Below are positions 16,967 through 26,610 of a DNA stretch of 64,000 nt, one piece after another (position 1 is the first letter of the stretch; each line of letters starts with the position of its first letter). Source of the stretch: Candidatus Nomurabacteria bacterium (lineage in GTDB: Bacteria; Patescibacteriota; Minisyncoccia; Phycocordibacterales; Phycocordibacteraceae); the NCBI GenBank assembly GCA_943353835.1, contig CALRBA010000001.1, positions 17,497 to 81,496 on the forward strand. The letters run 5' to 3'. The notes beneath the pieces are model-generated. The model was not told the origin of the DNA and searched no databases. It saw only the letters and a program-made list of their open reading frames with translations. Made by a program: the position numbers and the translations under genes.

Positions 16967-17608
16967 ATGAAAAGCTTATTTTTGGGCATACTATTCATCC
17001 TGTTCGTAGGCATAGGCGGATTTATGTATCGGAACGCCGTTGAATATCCGACACGTCCGATAGCGTGTCAGCTTGACGCGAAGGTGTGCCCAGACGGTAC
17101 AAGCGTTGCGCGCACAGGAAGCGACTGCTCGTTCCCAGTGTGTTCGTCTCCGAATGTTTCTCTCTCTGATATAGGTGTCGCATACGCTGTGCCTGACGGC
17201 TTCGTTCCCGCAGAATTGCCAGACTCTACGAGCGTTGTCGCATACGAGAAGCCGTCAGACGGTTTGAGCTCGGCTAGTATTATCGTCCGACGTTATTCAA
17301 TTGACGCATCTTCAACACCTCTCTCCGTCATTAAACAGACTGCAATCGGCGGAGCCTCCGGAGCTCCTGTGCCGACAACGGCATTTTCATCAACCGTTAT
17401 CGGGGGACATCGCTTCACGATTGTTTCTATAGAACGTTTTGAAGCTGTGATTAACACCGCGTATTATCTGGCGCGCGGTTCTGATGTACTGCGTTTTGAC
17501 GCGATTGACAGAGAGGTTATAAATTGGACGGAGCCGAATCTAGACGTATCAAAGCTCACTGCGCACTCTGCGCTAATGGGTCTTCTCACAACCCTGCAAG
17601 GGGGGTAA
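16967..17608 (+). CDS. Hypothetical secreted/membrane-anchored protein
   Basis: N-terminal hydrophobic helix; Cys-containing N-terminal region. Confidence 0.4.
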   Translation: MKSLFLGILFILFVGIGGFMYRNAVEYPTRPIACQLDAKVCPDGTSVARTGSDCSFPVCSSPNVSLSDIGVAYAVPDGFVPAELPDSTSVVAYEKPSDGLSSASIIVRRYSIDASSTPLSVIKQTAIGGASGAPVPTTAFSSTVIGGHRFTIVSIERFEAVINTAYYLARGSDVLRFDAIDREVINWTEPNLDVSKLTAHSALMGLLTTLQGG

Positions 17609-17619
17609 TATATACACAT

Positions 17620-18420
17620 ATGAACAACAATTCACTTTATGAAATATTTGACAATGGAGGCGTGCGCATAGCGATTATCGGTGCACTCTCTATCCTCGCT
17701 CTCTTTCTACTCGCAGAGACGATAAATATAGCAGCGAACTTCGGTCGGTCGGGAGTACCGGCGACAGACACGGTTACCGTTCAGGGCGACGGACAGGCGA
17801 CTCTACCGCCGGATGTCGCGAAAATCTCATTCACCGTGGATAATACTTCTGCGACGGTTGCACAGGCACAAGACGCGACTACGAAGCAGGCGAACGCTGT
17901 GATTGAGTTCGTTAAGAAACAGGGAGTTGACGATAAAGATGTGAAAACGCTCTCATATAACATCTCTCCGCAGTATTCGTACCCGAACCCGTGTCAACAG
18001 GGGATGATGTGTCCGGAGTATTATCGTGCACCGAAGATTACCGGATATCAAGTGTCAGAGACAATTCAGATAACTATACGCGATCTCTCAAAAGTCGGAG
18101 AGATGCTCGGCGGGCTGGGTTCGCTTGAAGTGCAGAATGTAAACGGTCCCGCATTCGCCCTAAATGATTCAACTGCCGGCTACAGTGCCGCACGCGCCGA
18201 TGCAATTAATAAAGCTAAGTCGCAGGCGAAAACGCTCGCCGACCAGCTCGGTGTTAAGCTTGGGAAAATCGTGAACTTCAACGAATCCTCTGGCGGCTAT
18301 CAATATCCGATGATGTACGGCCTCGGCGGAGACGCGTCTGAAAAGTCGGCTGTTCCTGACGTGCCGGCGGGCGAGAATACCTACAGCGCCTCCGTCTCTA
18401 TCACCTACGAGATCCGGTAG
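17620..18420 (+). CDS. SIMPL-domain (DUF541/BP26-like) periplasmic protein
   Basis: ISFTVDNTSATVAQAQDATTKQANAVIEFVKKQGV pattern; signal anchor; good SD (aaggggggt) before the ATG at 17620. Confidence 0.65.
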   Translation: MNNNSLYEIFDNGGVRIAIIGALSILALFLLAETINIAANFGRSGVPATDTVTVQGDGQATLPPDVAKISFTVDNTSATVAQAQDATTKQANAVIEFVKKQGVDDKDVKTLSYNISPQYSYPNPCQQGMMCPEYYRAPKITGYQVSETIQITIRDLSKVGEMLGGLGSLEVQNVNGPAFALNDSTAGYSAARADAINKAKSQAKTLADQLGVKLGKIVNFNESSGGYQYPMMYGLGGDASEKSAVPDVPAGENTYSASVSITYEIR

Positions 18421-18498
18421 TTGACTCCGGTACGGCGTCATAGTATGCTCTCTGTATTAGAGAGCCCGCAGGGCTTTTTTATTTAGTAACGCCCTTTT

Positions 18499-18681
18499 AT
18501 GACCTCACTATTCACCTATCTGAAGCATGTTCGCGAAGAGTTCACGCACATAGTCTGGCCGACGAATCGGACGGCGCTCGCACACACACTAGTTGTTATC
18601 GTTATCGGTATCGCGATTGCTCTCGTAGTAGCATTCTTTGATTACATCTTCGGTTCTGTAGTGAAGAGCATTGTCGGCTAA
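18499..18681 (+). CDS. secE: Preprotein translocase subunit SecE
   Basis: 60-aa single-TM protein directly upstream of nusG-rplK (conserved synteny). Confidence 0.75.
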   Translation: MTSLFTYLKHVREEFTHIVWPTNRTALAHTLVVIVIGIAIALVVAFFDYIFGSVVKSIVG

Positions 18682-18693
18682 TTCTCTCTATTT

Positions 18694-19320
18694 ATGGATA
18701 AAAACGAAACTCAGTATGAAAATGAAGTTCAACAGATGGCCGATATCGCGCCGATAGTGCGCAGTGAGATTCACGACGAGGTCACTCCGCGCGAAGAGGA
18801 TGCGCGCTGGTACACCATCCACACATATGCCGGCTATGAGAACGCAGTGGAACGCAACTTGAAACAGCGCATAGAATCGCTCGGAATGGATGGGAAAATA
18901 TTTAAGGTAATGGTGCCAACAGAAAAGAAAATAAGAGTGAAAAGTGGAAAAAGAATAGTAGAAGAAGAGAAGATTTATCCCGGCTATATTCTAGTTCGGA
19001 TGATAGTAGACGACGATTCATGGTTCGTGGTTCGCAACACCCCAAGGGTGACCGGCTTTGTCGGCTCTGGTAACACCCCCGTTCCGATGGAGGAGTCAGA
19101 AGTCGCCACACTGATGAAGCGTATGACGGCGGAGGCGCCGAAGCATCGCATAGACCTAGTGAAGGACGATCCTGTCGTCATCAGTGACGGCCCGTTCAAG
19201 GATTTGGAAGGGAAGGTGGGCGAGATAGACGAAGACCGCGGCAAGGTTAAAGTGATGGTCTCTATGTTCGGGCGCGAGACACCGGTAGAACTGGATTTCT
19301 TGCAGATACGCAAACTCTAG
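18694..19320 (+). CDS. nusG: Transcription termination/antitermination factor NusG (N-terminally extended)
   Basis: WYTIHTYAGYENAV NGN domain and a C-terminal KOW segment (PFKDLEGKVGEID...VKVMVSMFGRETPVELD). Confidence 0.85.
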   Translation: MDKNETQYENEVQQMADIAPIVRSEIHDEVTPREEDARWYTIHTYAGYENAVERNLKQRIESLGMDGKIFKVMVPTEKKIRVKSGKRIVEEEKIYPGYILVRMIVDDDSWFVVRNTPRVTGFVGSGNTPVPMEESEVATLMKRMTAEAPKHRIDLVKDDPVVISDGPFKDLEGKVGEIDEDRGKVKVMVSMFGRETPVELDFLQIRKL

Positions 19321-19338
19321 CGTAAAGTCACATTCACC

Positions 19339-19758
19339 ATGGCTACCGTTGTAAAAAAGATTAAATTACAAATCCCCGGCGGGGCGGCGACGCCCGCGCC
19401 TCCTGTCGGTACCGCGCTTGGCCCCGCTGGAGTAAATATCGGTCAATTCGTGACCCAGTTCAATGCCGCCACGCAGGACAAGAAGGGGACTATCATCCCG
19501 ATAGAACTTTCGGTCTATGACGACCGTACGTTCACGTTCATAATGAAGAATCCGCCAGCCTCGCGCCTGATCCTCAAGGCGCTCGGGCTGGAGAAGGGTT
19601 CTAGTAAGGCGAAGGAGGAGAAAGTGGGCACACTTACTTCAGCACAGATAGATAAAATTGTGGAAGAAAAAATGCCTGACTTGCGAGCGAATAGTAAAGA
19701 GGCCGCCGCGCGTGTCATCGCTGGAACTGCGCGCTCAATGGGCGTGGAAGTGAAGTAA
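19339..19758 (+). CDS. rplK: 50S ribosomal protein L11
   Basis: [29 protein letters not shown] canonical L11 N-terminal domain. Confidence 0.9.
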   Translation: MATVVKKIKLQIPGGAATPAPPVGTALGPAGVNIGQFVTQFNAATQDKKGTIIPIELSVYDDRTFTFIMKNPPASRLILKALGLEKGSSKAKEEKVGTLTSAQIDKIVEEKMPDLRANSKEAAARVIAGTARSMGVEVK

Positions 19759-19970
19759 GAAAGGTCGATGGACCTTGTGACCCAATAGGTCAATGTATTC
19801 ATTGAGATAGTTTTAGAGTGAAGCGAATAACCTATCTCTCTATAACTTGACGGTCGGCACAAAATAAGAAATCGGTACGATAAAATCTTGTGCTTGCTTT
19901 TCAGTTTCCATGCGCGTACAGTGCGTCCTGGTAATTTGTTCCAAACAATTCAACCAAGAAGGAGAGAGTG

Positions 19971-20186
19971 ATGAACAAAAAAATAGTGGTAGGCAAATGG
20001 GGTAATAACCCCAACGAAGCAGAATATCTCAATGCACTATGCGACACTCTCGCGCGTGGCGACGTGAGAAAGACGCGGAATGGGTATACGCGGGCTATAT
20101 TCGCTCGGCAAGTGCATTTCAAGATGTCGGACGGTTTCCCCGCGCCTTCTACGAAACAACTTGCTTTCAAATCAATCCAGAAATAA
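19971..20186 (+). CDS. Hypothetical small protein; possibly the N-terminal part of a frameshifted gene continuing in ORF 20039..20269
   Basis: Strong SD (aaggagagagtg) 5 nt before the ATG at 19971. The ORF overlaps a second ORF in the -1 frame that runs to the terminator at 20293. Confidence 0.3.
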   Translation: MNKKIVVGKWGNNPNEAEYLNALCDTLARGDVRKTRNGYTRAIFARQVHFKMSDGFPAPSTKQLAFKSIQK

Positions 20187-20289
20187 AGAACATCGACGAC
20201 TTCGGCATGGATGATGTCAAATTGGTCAGCTACAAACATCAGGGACGTATCAAGGCAACACTGCTATGAGTCCAGTAGTAGGCAACAAA

Positions 20290-20320
20290 TTCGGCAGCAA
20301 CTTCGGTTGCTGTTTTTTAT
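20290..20320. terminator. Intrinsic terminator (gcagcaacttcggttgctg + T-run), usable by the convergent genes
   Basis: Hairpin followed by tttttatttctttttc. Confidence 0.5.
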
Positions 20321-20997
20321 TTCTTTTTCTTAATGTCGCGGTCGAGATAGAGGCGTGGGAGCATCATTTCTGGTTTCCATGCTTTCTTGAGCTGGCTGAC
20401 ATTTTTTGACGATTGATACTTGCCGCTCTTCGTATAATCAGAGCCGATGATTGGCCCAGTTTCAAAAAAAACTATCTGTGCGATGCGCCGCCCGACGACG
20501 AGCGGAATGATGTAGTTCTTTGAGTTGTTCGTTATCTCCATGGTCCAGCGATTCACATACCCCACGTCGCCCCAACCGGCACATTTGCATACTTCAATAA
20601 AATTACGTCCCATAGATGAGCGCGCTTTCATCATCGTCGTAACCGTGTCGCGCCCGCCTATAAATTCATTTGTGTGAGAGAGAATCGTCTCGCCAGGACG
20701 AAGCAGAATAACTTTGTCGTTCTGACTTATGCCGTCCCATTCAAATTGGTATTTCTTAAAAGCATCTTTTGCCCGTGTTGCACGCTCAACTTTGTTCGCG
20801 CCCCACACGTGCTTCATATGCTTCTCGCTCCAAATGTTGTACAGGCTATGATTGTACTTCGTTGGCTGTTCTCGGAAGAACCATTCGCCGAGCGTAACGT
20901 CGTAGCTTGATGTCGCGAGATTCTCCCGTTTGAACGGCTCAATAACAACCATACCTTTTTTCATCTGTTCCAGGATCTTTTTATCCGATAACGCCAT
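20317..20997 (-). CDS. dcd: dCTP deaminase (dUTPase superfamily)
   Basis: SYDVTLG and VGRRIAQIVF motifs of the Dcd family. Confidence 0.7.
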   Translation of the reverse strand: MALSDKKILEQMKKGMVVIEPFKRENLATSSYDVTLGEWFFREQPTKYNHSLYNIWSEKHMKHVWGANKVERATRAKDAFKKYQFEWDGISQNDKVILLRPGETILSHTNEFIGGRDTVTTMMKARSSMGRNFIEVCKCAGWGDVGYVNRWTMEITNNSKNYIIPLVVGRRIAQIVFFETGPIIGSDYTKSGKYQSSKNVSQLKKAWKPEMMLPRLYLDRDIKKKK

Positions 20998-21020
20998 GGC
21001 GAGGATTATACTCTCATTAA

Positions 21021-22634
21021 GTGCTCGGGTATACTAACTGGATGGAAGATAGGATACGAAAGGCGCTGGGAGAGAATGTAGTTATTCGGCGACCACCGAA
21101 TCCGGACTTCGGCGACTACGCCGTTTTTGTAGGGCCGGAAAAGGCGGAGTCGGCTGTGCAGGCGATTCGTAGCGAGCTTGGTGAGAAAGCATCAAAAATT
21201 GAAGTTGCCGGGAAGGGATTCGTGAATATCACTCTCACGCGGAGCGCAGTGACCTTCGCCGTTGCCGAGGCCGATGCGAAGGGCAATGATTGGGGGAAGG
21301 GAGTGGGTGAGGACGGGAAGCGTATTATTGTTGAATACTCAAACCCGAATGCATTTAAGGAAATGCACATCGGCCACTTGGTCGGTACGGTGGTCGGCGA
21401 ATCTTTGTCGCGACTAATAGAAAATTCCGGTGCAAAAGTTGCTCGTGATACATTCGGTGGCGACATAGGACCGAATGTGGCGAAGGCGCTCTGGGGATTA
21501 CAGAAGAGTGGCATCACTGAGCCGACGACCGCCGTGGAAGTGGGGGAGGCTTACAGCTCTGGATCAAATGCCTATGACAGTGACACGCTGGCGAAGACAG
21601 AGATAGACGCGCTGAATCAGGCGATATATGCCGGCACTGATAGAGCTCTTATGGAGCTCTGGCGCAAAGGGCGTGATGTTTCCATGGAGGAATTTCGCCG
21701 TATCTGGAAATTACTCGGCACGCATTTTGATTTTGAATTTTTTGACAGTGACACAACTGAAATTGGTCTGCGTGTCGTAAATGATGGACTCAACAAGAAT
21801 ATATTCCAAAAGAGCGACGGTGCGGTTATCTACAATGGCGAGAGAAAGGGCGTGCACACGCTCGTATTCATCACCTCGCATAACACCCCAACCTACGAAG
21901 CGAAGGATATCGGTCTCGCTTTCTTGAAGGAGGAACGGTGGCCGTCTGATAGGGTCATCATTGTTACGGGGAACGAGCAGGCAGGGCGTTTTAAGACTAT
22001 TCTAGCCGCACTCGGAGAGCTCGCGCCTCTGCTTGCGGAAAAAATAACACATGTAGCGACAGGCTTCTTGAAGCTCGCTTTTGGGAAGATGTCTTCGCGA
22101 GATGGGAATGTCATAACCGCTTCCGATTTCATTAAAGAAGTTATTGAGAAAGCGAGTGAGAAAAATGAGGACCCGCTCGTCGCCGAACAAGTCGCAGTCG
22201 GAGCGATTAAATATATGATCCTGCGCCAATCTCCGGGCTCGGACATTATTTTTGACGAAAAGAAATCACTCTCGCTTGAAGGCGACTCGGGTCCGTATCT
22301 GCAATACGCACTCGTTCGCGCCAAATCTATTGTCGCGAAAGCACCAAACACCAAACATCAAGCACCAAACAAAATGCCAGAAATTCTATATTCAATAGAG
22401 CGCATCATTTTGCATTTCCCAGAAGTGACTTCGCGCACAGCGCGCGAGCTCGCGCCCAATCTACTAGTGAACTATCTCACTGAGCTCGCGAGCGAGTGGA
22501 ATTCTTTTTATGCGCAAGAACGCATTATTGGTGGAGACGACGAAACGCACAAACTCCTCGTCGCCCGCGCATTTGTGAACACAATGACAAACGGTCTCAC
22601 CCTACTCGGCATCCCTGCGCCCGAAAAGATGTAA
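21021..22634 (+). CDS. argS: Arginyl-tRNA synthetase
   Basis: YSNPNAFKEMHIGHL HIGH motif, C-terminal anticodon-binding (DALR-type) region, and KMSSR. Confidence 0.9.
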   Translation: MLGYTNWMEDRIRKALGENVVIRRPPNPDFGDYAVFVGPEKAESAVQAIRSELGEKASKIEVAGKGFVNITLTRSAVTFAVAEADAKGNDWGKGVGEDGKRIIVEYSNPNAFKEMHIGHLVGTVVGESLSRLIENSGAKVARDTFGGDIGPNVAKALWGLQKSGITEPTTAVEVGEAYSSGSNAYDSDTLAKTEIDALNQAIYAGTDRALMELWRKGRDVSMEEFRRIWKLLGTHFDFEFFDSDTTEIGLRVVNDGLNKNIFQKSDGAVIYNGERKGVHTLVFITSHNTPTYEAKDIGLAFLKEERWPSDRVIIVTGNEQAGRFKTILAALGELAPLLAEKITHVATGFLKLAFGKMSSRDGNVITASDFIKEVIEKASEKNEDPLVAEQVAVGAIKYMILRQSPGSDIIFDEKKSLSLEGDSGPYLQYALVRAKSIVAKAPNTKHQAPNKMPEILYSIERIILHFPEVTSRTARELAPNLLVNYLTELASEWNSFYAQERIIGGDDETHKLLVARAFVNTMTNGLTLLGIPAPEKM

Positions 22635-22651
22635 TGTTAGGATAGCTAGAT

Positions 22652-25600
22652 ATGGCAGACGGAGAGAAATCAGAAGTGTCCAAGAGAGAGGAGGCGATAC
22701 TTGCCTTTTGGGAGCGCGAGCACATCTTTAAAAAATCACTCGCGAAGAAGTCTCCGAAGGGCGAATTCGTTTTCTACGAAGGTCCGCCGACAGCGAATGC
22801 AGCTCCTGCGCTCCACCACCTCGAGGCACGCGCTTTTAAAGATGCGATTCCGCGATATAAAACAATGCGCGGGTATCGAGTGAATCGTCGAGCGGGATGG
22901 GACACTCACGGTCTCCCAGTGGAATTACAGGTGGAAAAAGAATTGGGGTTTTCTGGGAAAAAAGACATTGAGAAATACGGAGTTGCGGAATTTAATAAAA
23001 AGTGTCGGGAGAGTGTGTTCACTTATATAGATGCATGGGAAAAATTCACTAAGCGCATCGGATACTGGGTAGACGAGAAGAAAGCGTATTTCACTTTTGA
23101 TAGTTCTTATATGGAAGTGCTCTGGCATCTCTTCGCGCAGACAGCGAAGGACGGACGTCTATATAAAGATTATAAAGTTTTACCATGGTGTCCCCGATGC
23201 GGGACCGCACTTTCATCGCACGAGCTCGCACAAGGGTATCAAGACGTCAAAGACCTCACGGTCACGGCGAAATTTGAGCTTCTTGATGAGCCTGGCACGT
23301 TCCTACTCGCGTGGACGACAACTCCGTGGACTCTGCCCGGCAATGTCGCTCTCGCTGTGGGGGCAGATATTGAATACGGGGTGTATGAGGTTGGTGAAGA
23401 GAAAATAATCCTCGCCACAAAGATCGCTACAGAAAAGTCCTCGGGTATCCTCGCTTCGCTCGGCCAGACTATTTCTTCGCGACATTCGCGGCTCATAAAA
23501 GGTAGCGAATTGGTAGGTAAAAAATATAAACCACTCTACGACTTCGCCAAGAATCTTGTGACGGAAAGCGAGAAAGCAAAATTTGATAAGGCGTTTCAGG
23601 TATACTCCGCAGACTTCGTCACGACTGAAGACGGCACCGGCATAGTGCACACGGCTGTGATGTACGGACAGGAAGACTTTGAATTAGGAAATAAAATCGG
23701 ATTGCCGAGGGTACCTCTCGTGAACCCAGAAGGTAAGTTCGTTGAGGGCGTTGGATTCCTCTCTGGACTCTCGGTGGTCGAAGAATCAACATCGGTGGAG
23801 ATCTTAAAAGATCTCCAGACCCGCGGTCTACTTTTCAAAAAGGAGTCGTATACGCATACGTATCCCTTCTGCTGGCGCTGTAAAACTAGACTTATCTACT
23901 ACGCGCGCGATTCGTGGTATATCCGCATGCATGATTTGCGCGGCAAGCTTGTTACGGAGAATAAAAAAATTCACTGGGAACCGGCCTATATCCGTGAGGG
24001 ACGCATGGGGGAATGGCTTGCCAATGCAAAAGATTGGGCGATAAGCCGCGAGCGCTACTGGGGTACTCCGTTGCCGATCTGGAGAAGCTCAGATGGAAGC
24101 GAGCAACTGATAATCGGCTCAATAGACGAACTTAAAAAACACACGAAGAAATCCGGCAACACGTATTTCGTCATGCGTCATGGTATGGCAGAAAGTAATG
24201 CTAATAATTTTTGTAGTACTGACCCAATTAAGCAAAAAGACAATCATTTAACCAAAGAGGGTAAAGAACAAGTATTGAGAAAAATACATGAGTTTAAGCG
24301 CAGTGGCGGAATAGATATTATTGTCGCGTCACCATTTGAGCGGACGACAGAGACGGCTCGCATTGTTTCAGACGTACTTGGGTATGATCCCGGTCAAATT
24401 ATTTTTGATGACAGATTACGTGAGATATCCACTGGTGTGCTTGATGGTCATCCGATAAGCGAATATCGCGCTTTTTATTCAAACCTGCAGGAAAGATTCT
24501 TTAAAGAACCATCTGGTGGGGAAAATCTCACTGAAGTTAGAAGACGTGTTGGTGAGCTACTCTATGATCTAGAGTCTAAACATAAAAATAAAAGAATACT
24601 AATCGTGTCACATGGAGATGCTCTATGGATGTTACAACTCGCTGCATCAGGGAAGCCGTCTACTTCAACAACAGAATTTTCAGAAATGTTATTGGCCGAA
24701 ATTTGTGAACTTGATTTCATATCACTTCCACACAACGAGGACTACGAACTGGATTTGCACAGGCCGTACATTGATGAGGTTGTTCTCGTTTCAAACAAAG
24801 GAACGGAATTGCGGAGAGTGAAGGAAGTTATGGATGTATGGTTTGATTCCGGAGCAATGCCCTTCGCACAGGCGGCGAAAGAACGCGGGCACGAATCACT
24901 TGAAGATTTCTTAAAAAAAGTTGCGTATCCGGCTGATTTCATTTCTGAAGCCATCGACCAGACACGAGGCTGGTTCTATACTCTGCTTGCGGTCGGCACG
25001 CTCGCGGGGCGCGGTGCCGCTTTCAAGAACGCCATCTCACTCGGGCATCTCCTTGATGCCGAAGGCCAGAAAATGAGTAAATCAAAAGGGAATGTCGTTG
25101 ACCCGTGGGTAGAAATTGAAAAGTGGGGCGTTGACGCCCTACGTTTCTGGATGTACAGCGTGACTGGCGCCGGTGATTCAAAGAATTATGACGAGAAAAC
25201 TGTAAAAGAATCCGCAAAAGTTCTGGCATGGCTAGATAACAGCACAAAATTCTACAAAATATTTAATCACGGCGAACTAAAAATAGGAAAGAAGACAGTA
25301 CTTGATAAATGGATATACGCGCGTGTAGAAGAAACAGTCTTGAGCGTTACCGATGCGATGGACAACTACAGTCCGTTTGAAGCGATACGCGCAATCTCCG
25401 TTTTGTGCGAAGATTTGTCGCAATGGTATGTACGACGCGCGAGAGACCGTATGCGCGACGGTGACACCTCTGCATTGGAAACACTGCGTTACACACTGCA
25501 GAACACTGCGCTCCTACTCGCGCCATTTGCGCCTTTTATTGCGGAGGATATATATTGGAAGGTGAGGAGTGAGAACGACCCGGAGAGCGTACATCTCGCA

Positions 25601-26038
25601 GATTGGCCGGAAATTAAAAAACACTGGAGCTTATTTGGCGATTCCGATAAACAACTTGTTGCAGAAATGAAAAAAGTTCGAGTGGTTGCTTCACAGGCAC
25701 TTCAGCTCCGACAAAAGGCGAATATAAAAGTCCGCCAGCCACTCGCGAGCCTAACTGTTCCTGAAAAAATTAGTGCCGAGCTCGCGATTATTCTCGCTGA
25801 AGAGGTGAATGTTAAAAAAATAATTACCGGTAAAGAGCTCTCTCTAGACACGACACTCACACCTGAACTAATCAAAGAAGGCGATGAACGAGAGCTCGCG
25901 CGTGCGGTCGCCGAAGCGAGGAAGACGGAGGGATTTTATCCGAAGGACAAAGTGAACATAGAAATGCATCAGGAAGGTAAGTATTCTGTAACACTTTCAT
26001 CAAGCGTCGTGCGTTTTAATCTTGTCCGTGAGGCATAA
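22652..26038 (+). CDS. ileS: Isoleucyl-tRNA synthetase carrying an inserted histidine-phosphatase (PGAM-superfamily) domain
   Basis: GPPTAN...WDTHGLPVE, editing-domain region, [21 protein letters not shown] and KMSKSKGN all fit IleRS. Residues ~505-700 (nt ~24161-24750) hold MRHGMAESN...RTTETA...SHGDAL, which are histidine phosphatase motifs. Confidence 0.9.
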   Translation: MADGEKSEVSKREEAILAFWEREHIFKKSLAKKSPKGEFVFYEGPPTANAAPALHHLEARAFKDAIPRYKTMRGYRVNRRAGWDTHGLPVELQVEKELGFSGKKDIEKYGVAEFNKKCRESVFTYIDAWEKFTKRIGYWVDEKKAYFTFDSSYMEVLWHLFAQTAKDGRLYKDYKVLPWCPRCGTALSSHELAQGYQDVKDLTVTAKFELLDEPGTFLLAWTTTPWTLPGNVALAVGADIEYGVYEVGEEKIILATKIATEKSSGILASLGQTISSRHSRLIKGSELVGKKYKPLYDFAKNLVTESEKAKFDKAFQVYSADFVTTEDGTGIVHTAVMYGQEDFELGNKIGLPRVPLVNPEGKFVEGVGFLSGLSVVEESTSVEILKDLQTRGLLFKKESYTHTYPFCWRCKTRLIYYARDSWYIRMHDLRGKLVTENKKIHWEPAYIREGRMGEWLANAKDWAISRERYWGTPLPIWRSSDGSEQLIIGSIDELKKHTKKSGNTYFVMRHGMAESNANNFCSTDPIKQKDNHLTKEGKEQVLRKIHEFKRSGGIDIIVASPFERTTETARIVSDVLGYDPGQIIFDDRLREISTGVLDGHPISEYRAFYSNLQERFFKEPSGGENLTEVRRRVGELLYDLESKHKNKRILIVSHGDALWMLQLAASGKPSTSTTEFSEMLLAEICELDFISLPHNEDYELDLHRPYIDEVVLVSNKGTELRRVKEVMDVWFDSGAMPFAQAAKERGHESLEDFLKKVAYPADFISEAIDQTRGWFYTLLAVGTLAGRGAAFKNAISLGHLLDAEGQKMSKSKGNVVDPWVEIEKWGVDALRFWMYSVTGAGDSKNYDEKTVKESAKVLAWLDNSTKFYKIFNHGELKIGKKTVLDKWIYARVEETVLSVTDAMDNYSPFEAIRAISVLCEDLSQWYVRRARDRMRDGDTSALETLRYTLQNTALLLAPFAPFIAEDIYWKVRSENDPESVHLADWPEIKKHWSLFGDSDKQLVAEMKKVRVVASQALQLRQKANIKVRQPLASLTVPEKISAELAIILAEEVNVKKIITGKELSLDTTLTPELIKEGDERELARAVAEARKTEGFYPKDKVNIEMHQEGKYSVTLSSSVVRFNLVREA

Positions 26039-26597
26039 GTACGAGACACGTGCTATCGTACTTTCCCGTTCTCCGGTCGGGGAGGCAAGCACTTTTATTG
26101 TTCTTCTTACCAACGAACTTGGGCTCGTGCGCACTCTCTCGCAAGGAGTTCGTAAGAGTGGCGCGAAGCTTGCTCACGCGCTGACCACTTTCGCCGAGAG
26201 CGACATAGTGCTCGTGCGCGGGAAGGACGGTTGGCGACTCGCCGGCGCCATTCTCTCGGAGAATTGGTTCGCGAGGCTCGGCAGAGCCTCGCCTCGCGAG
26301 AGAGCCGGACGCATTTGCAGTCTCTTATTACGACTTGTCGCAGGCGAAGTTAGTGACCAAAAGCTATTTCCGATTATCAGAGGATTTTTTGATGCGCTGT
26401 CCACGCTTAAAGACGAGATGCACGAAGCCTCTGAAATTCTTACTGCACTTCGCATACTCGCTGTGCTTGGATTTGACGATGGAGGCATCCGTGGAATCCC
26501 GTCTGATTTTACACAGCCATTGCTCGCTGAAATTTTGAAAAATCGTATTAGTTATATTGCTCGTATCAATAACGGCATTAACGCCTCAGGCCTTTGA
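26022..26597 (+). CDS. recO: DNA repair protein RecO-like
   Basis: N-terminal OB-fold pattern ([28 protein letters not shown]). It overlaps the ileS 3' end by 17 nt. Confidence 0.55.
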   Translation: MSVRHKYETRAIVLSRSPVGEASTFIVLLTNELGLVRTLSQGVRKSGAKLAHALTTFAESDIVLVRGKDGWRLAGAILSENWFARLGRASPRERAGRICSLLLRLVAGEVSDQKLFPIIRGFFDALSTLKDEMHEASEILTALRILAVLGFDDGGIRGIPSDFTQPLLAEILKNRISYIARINNGINASGL

Positions 26598-26610
26598 TAT
26601 ACTACATTTG

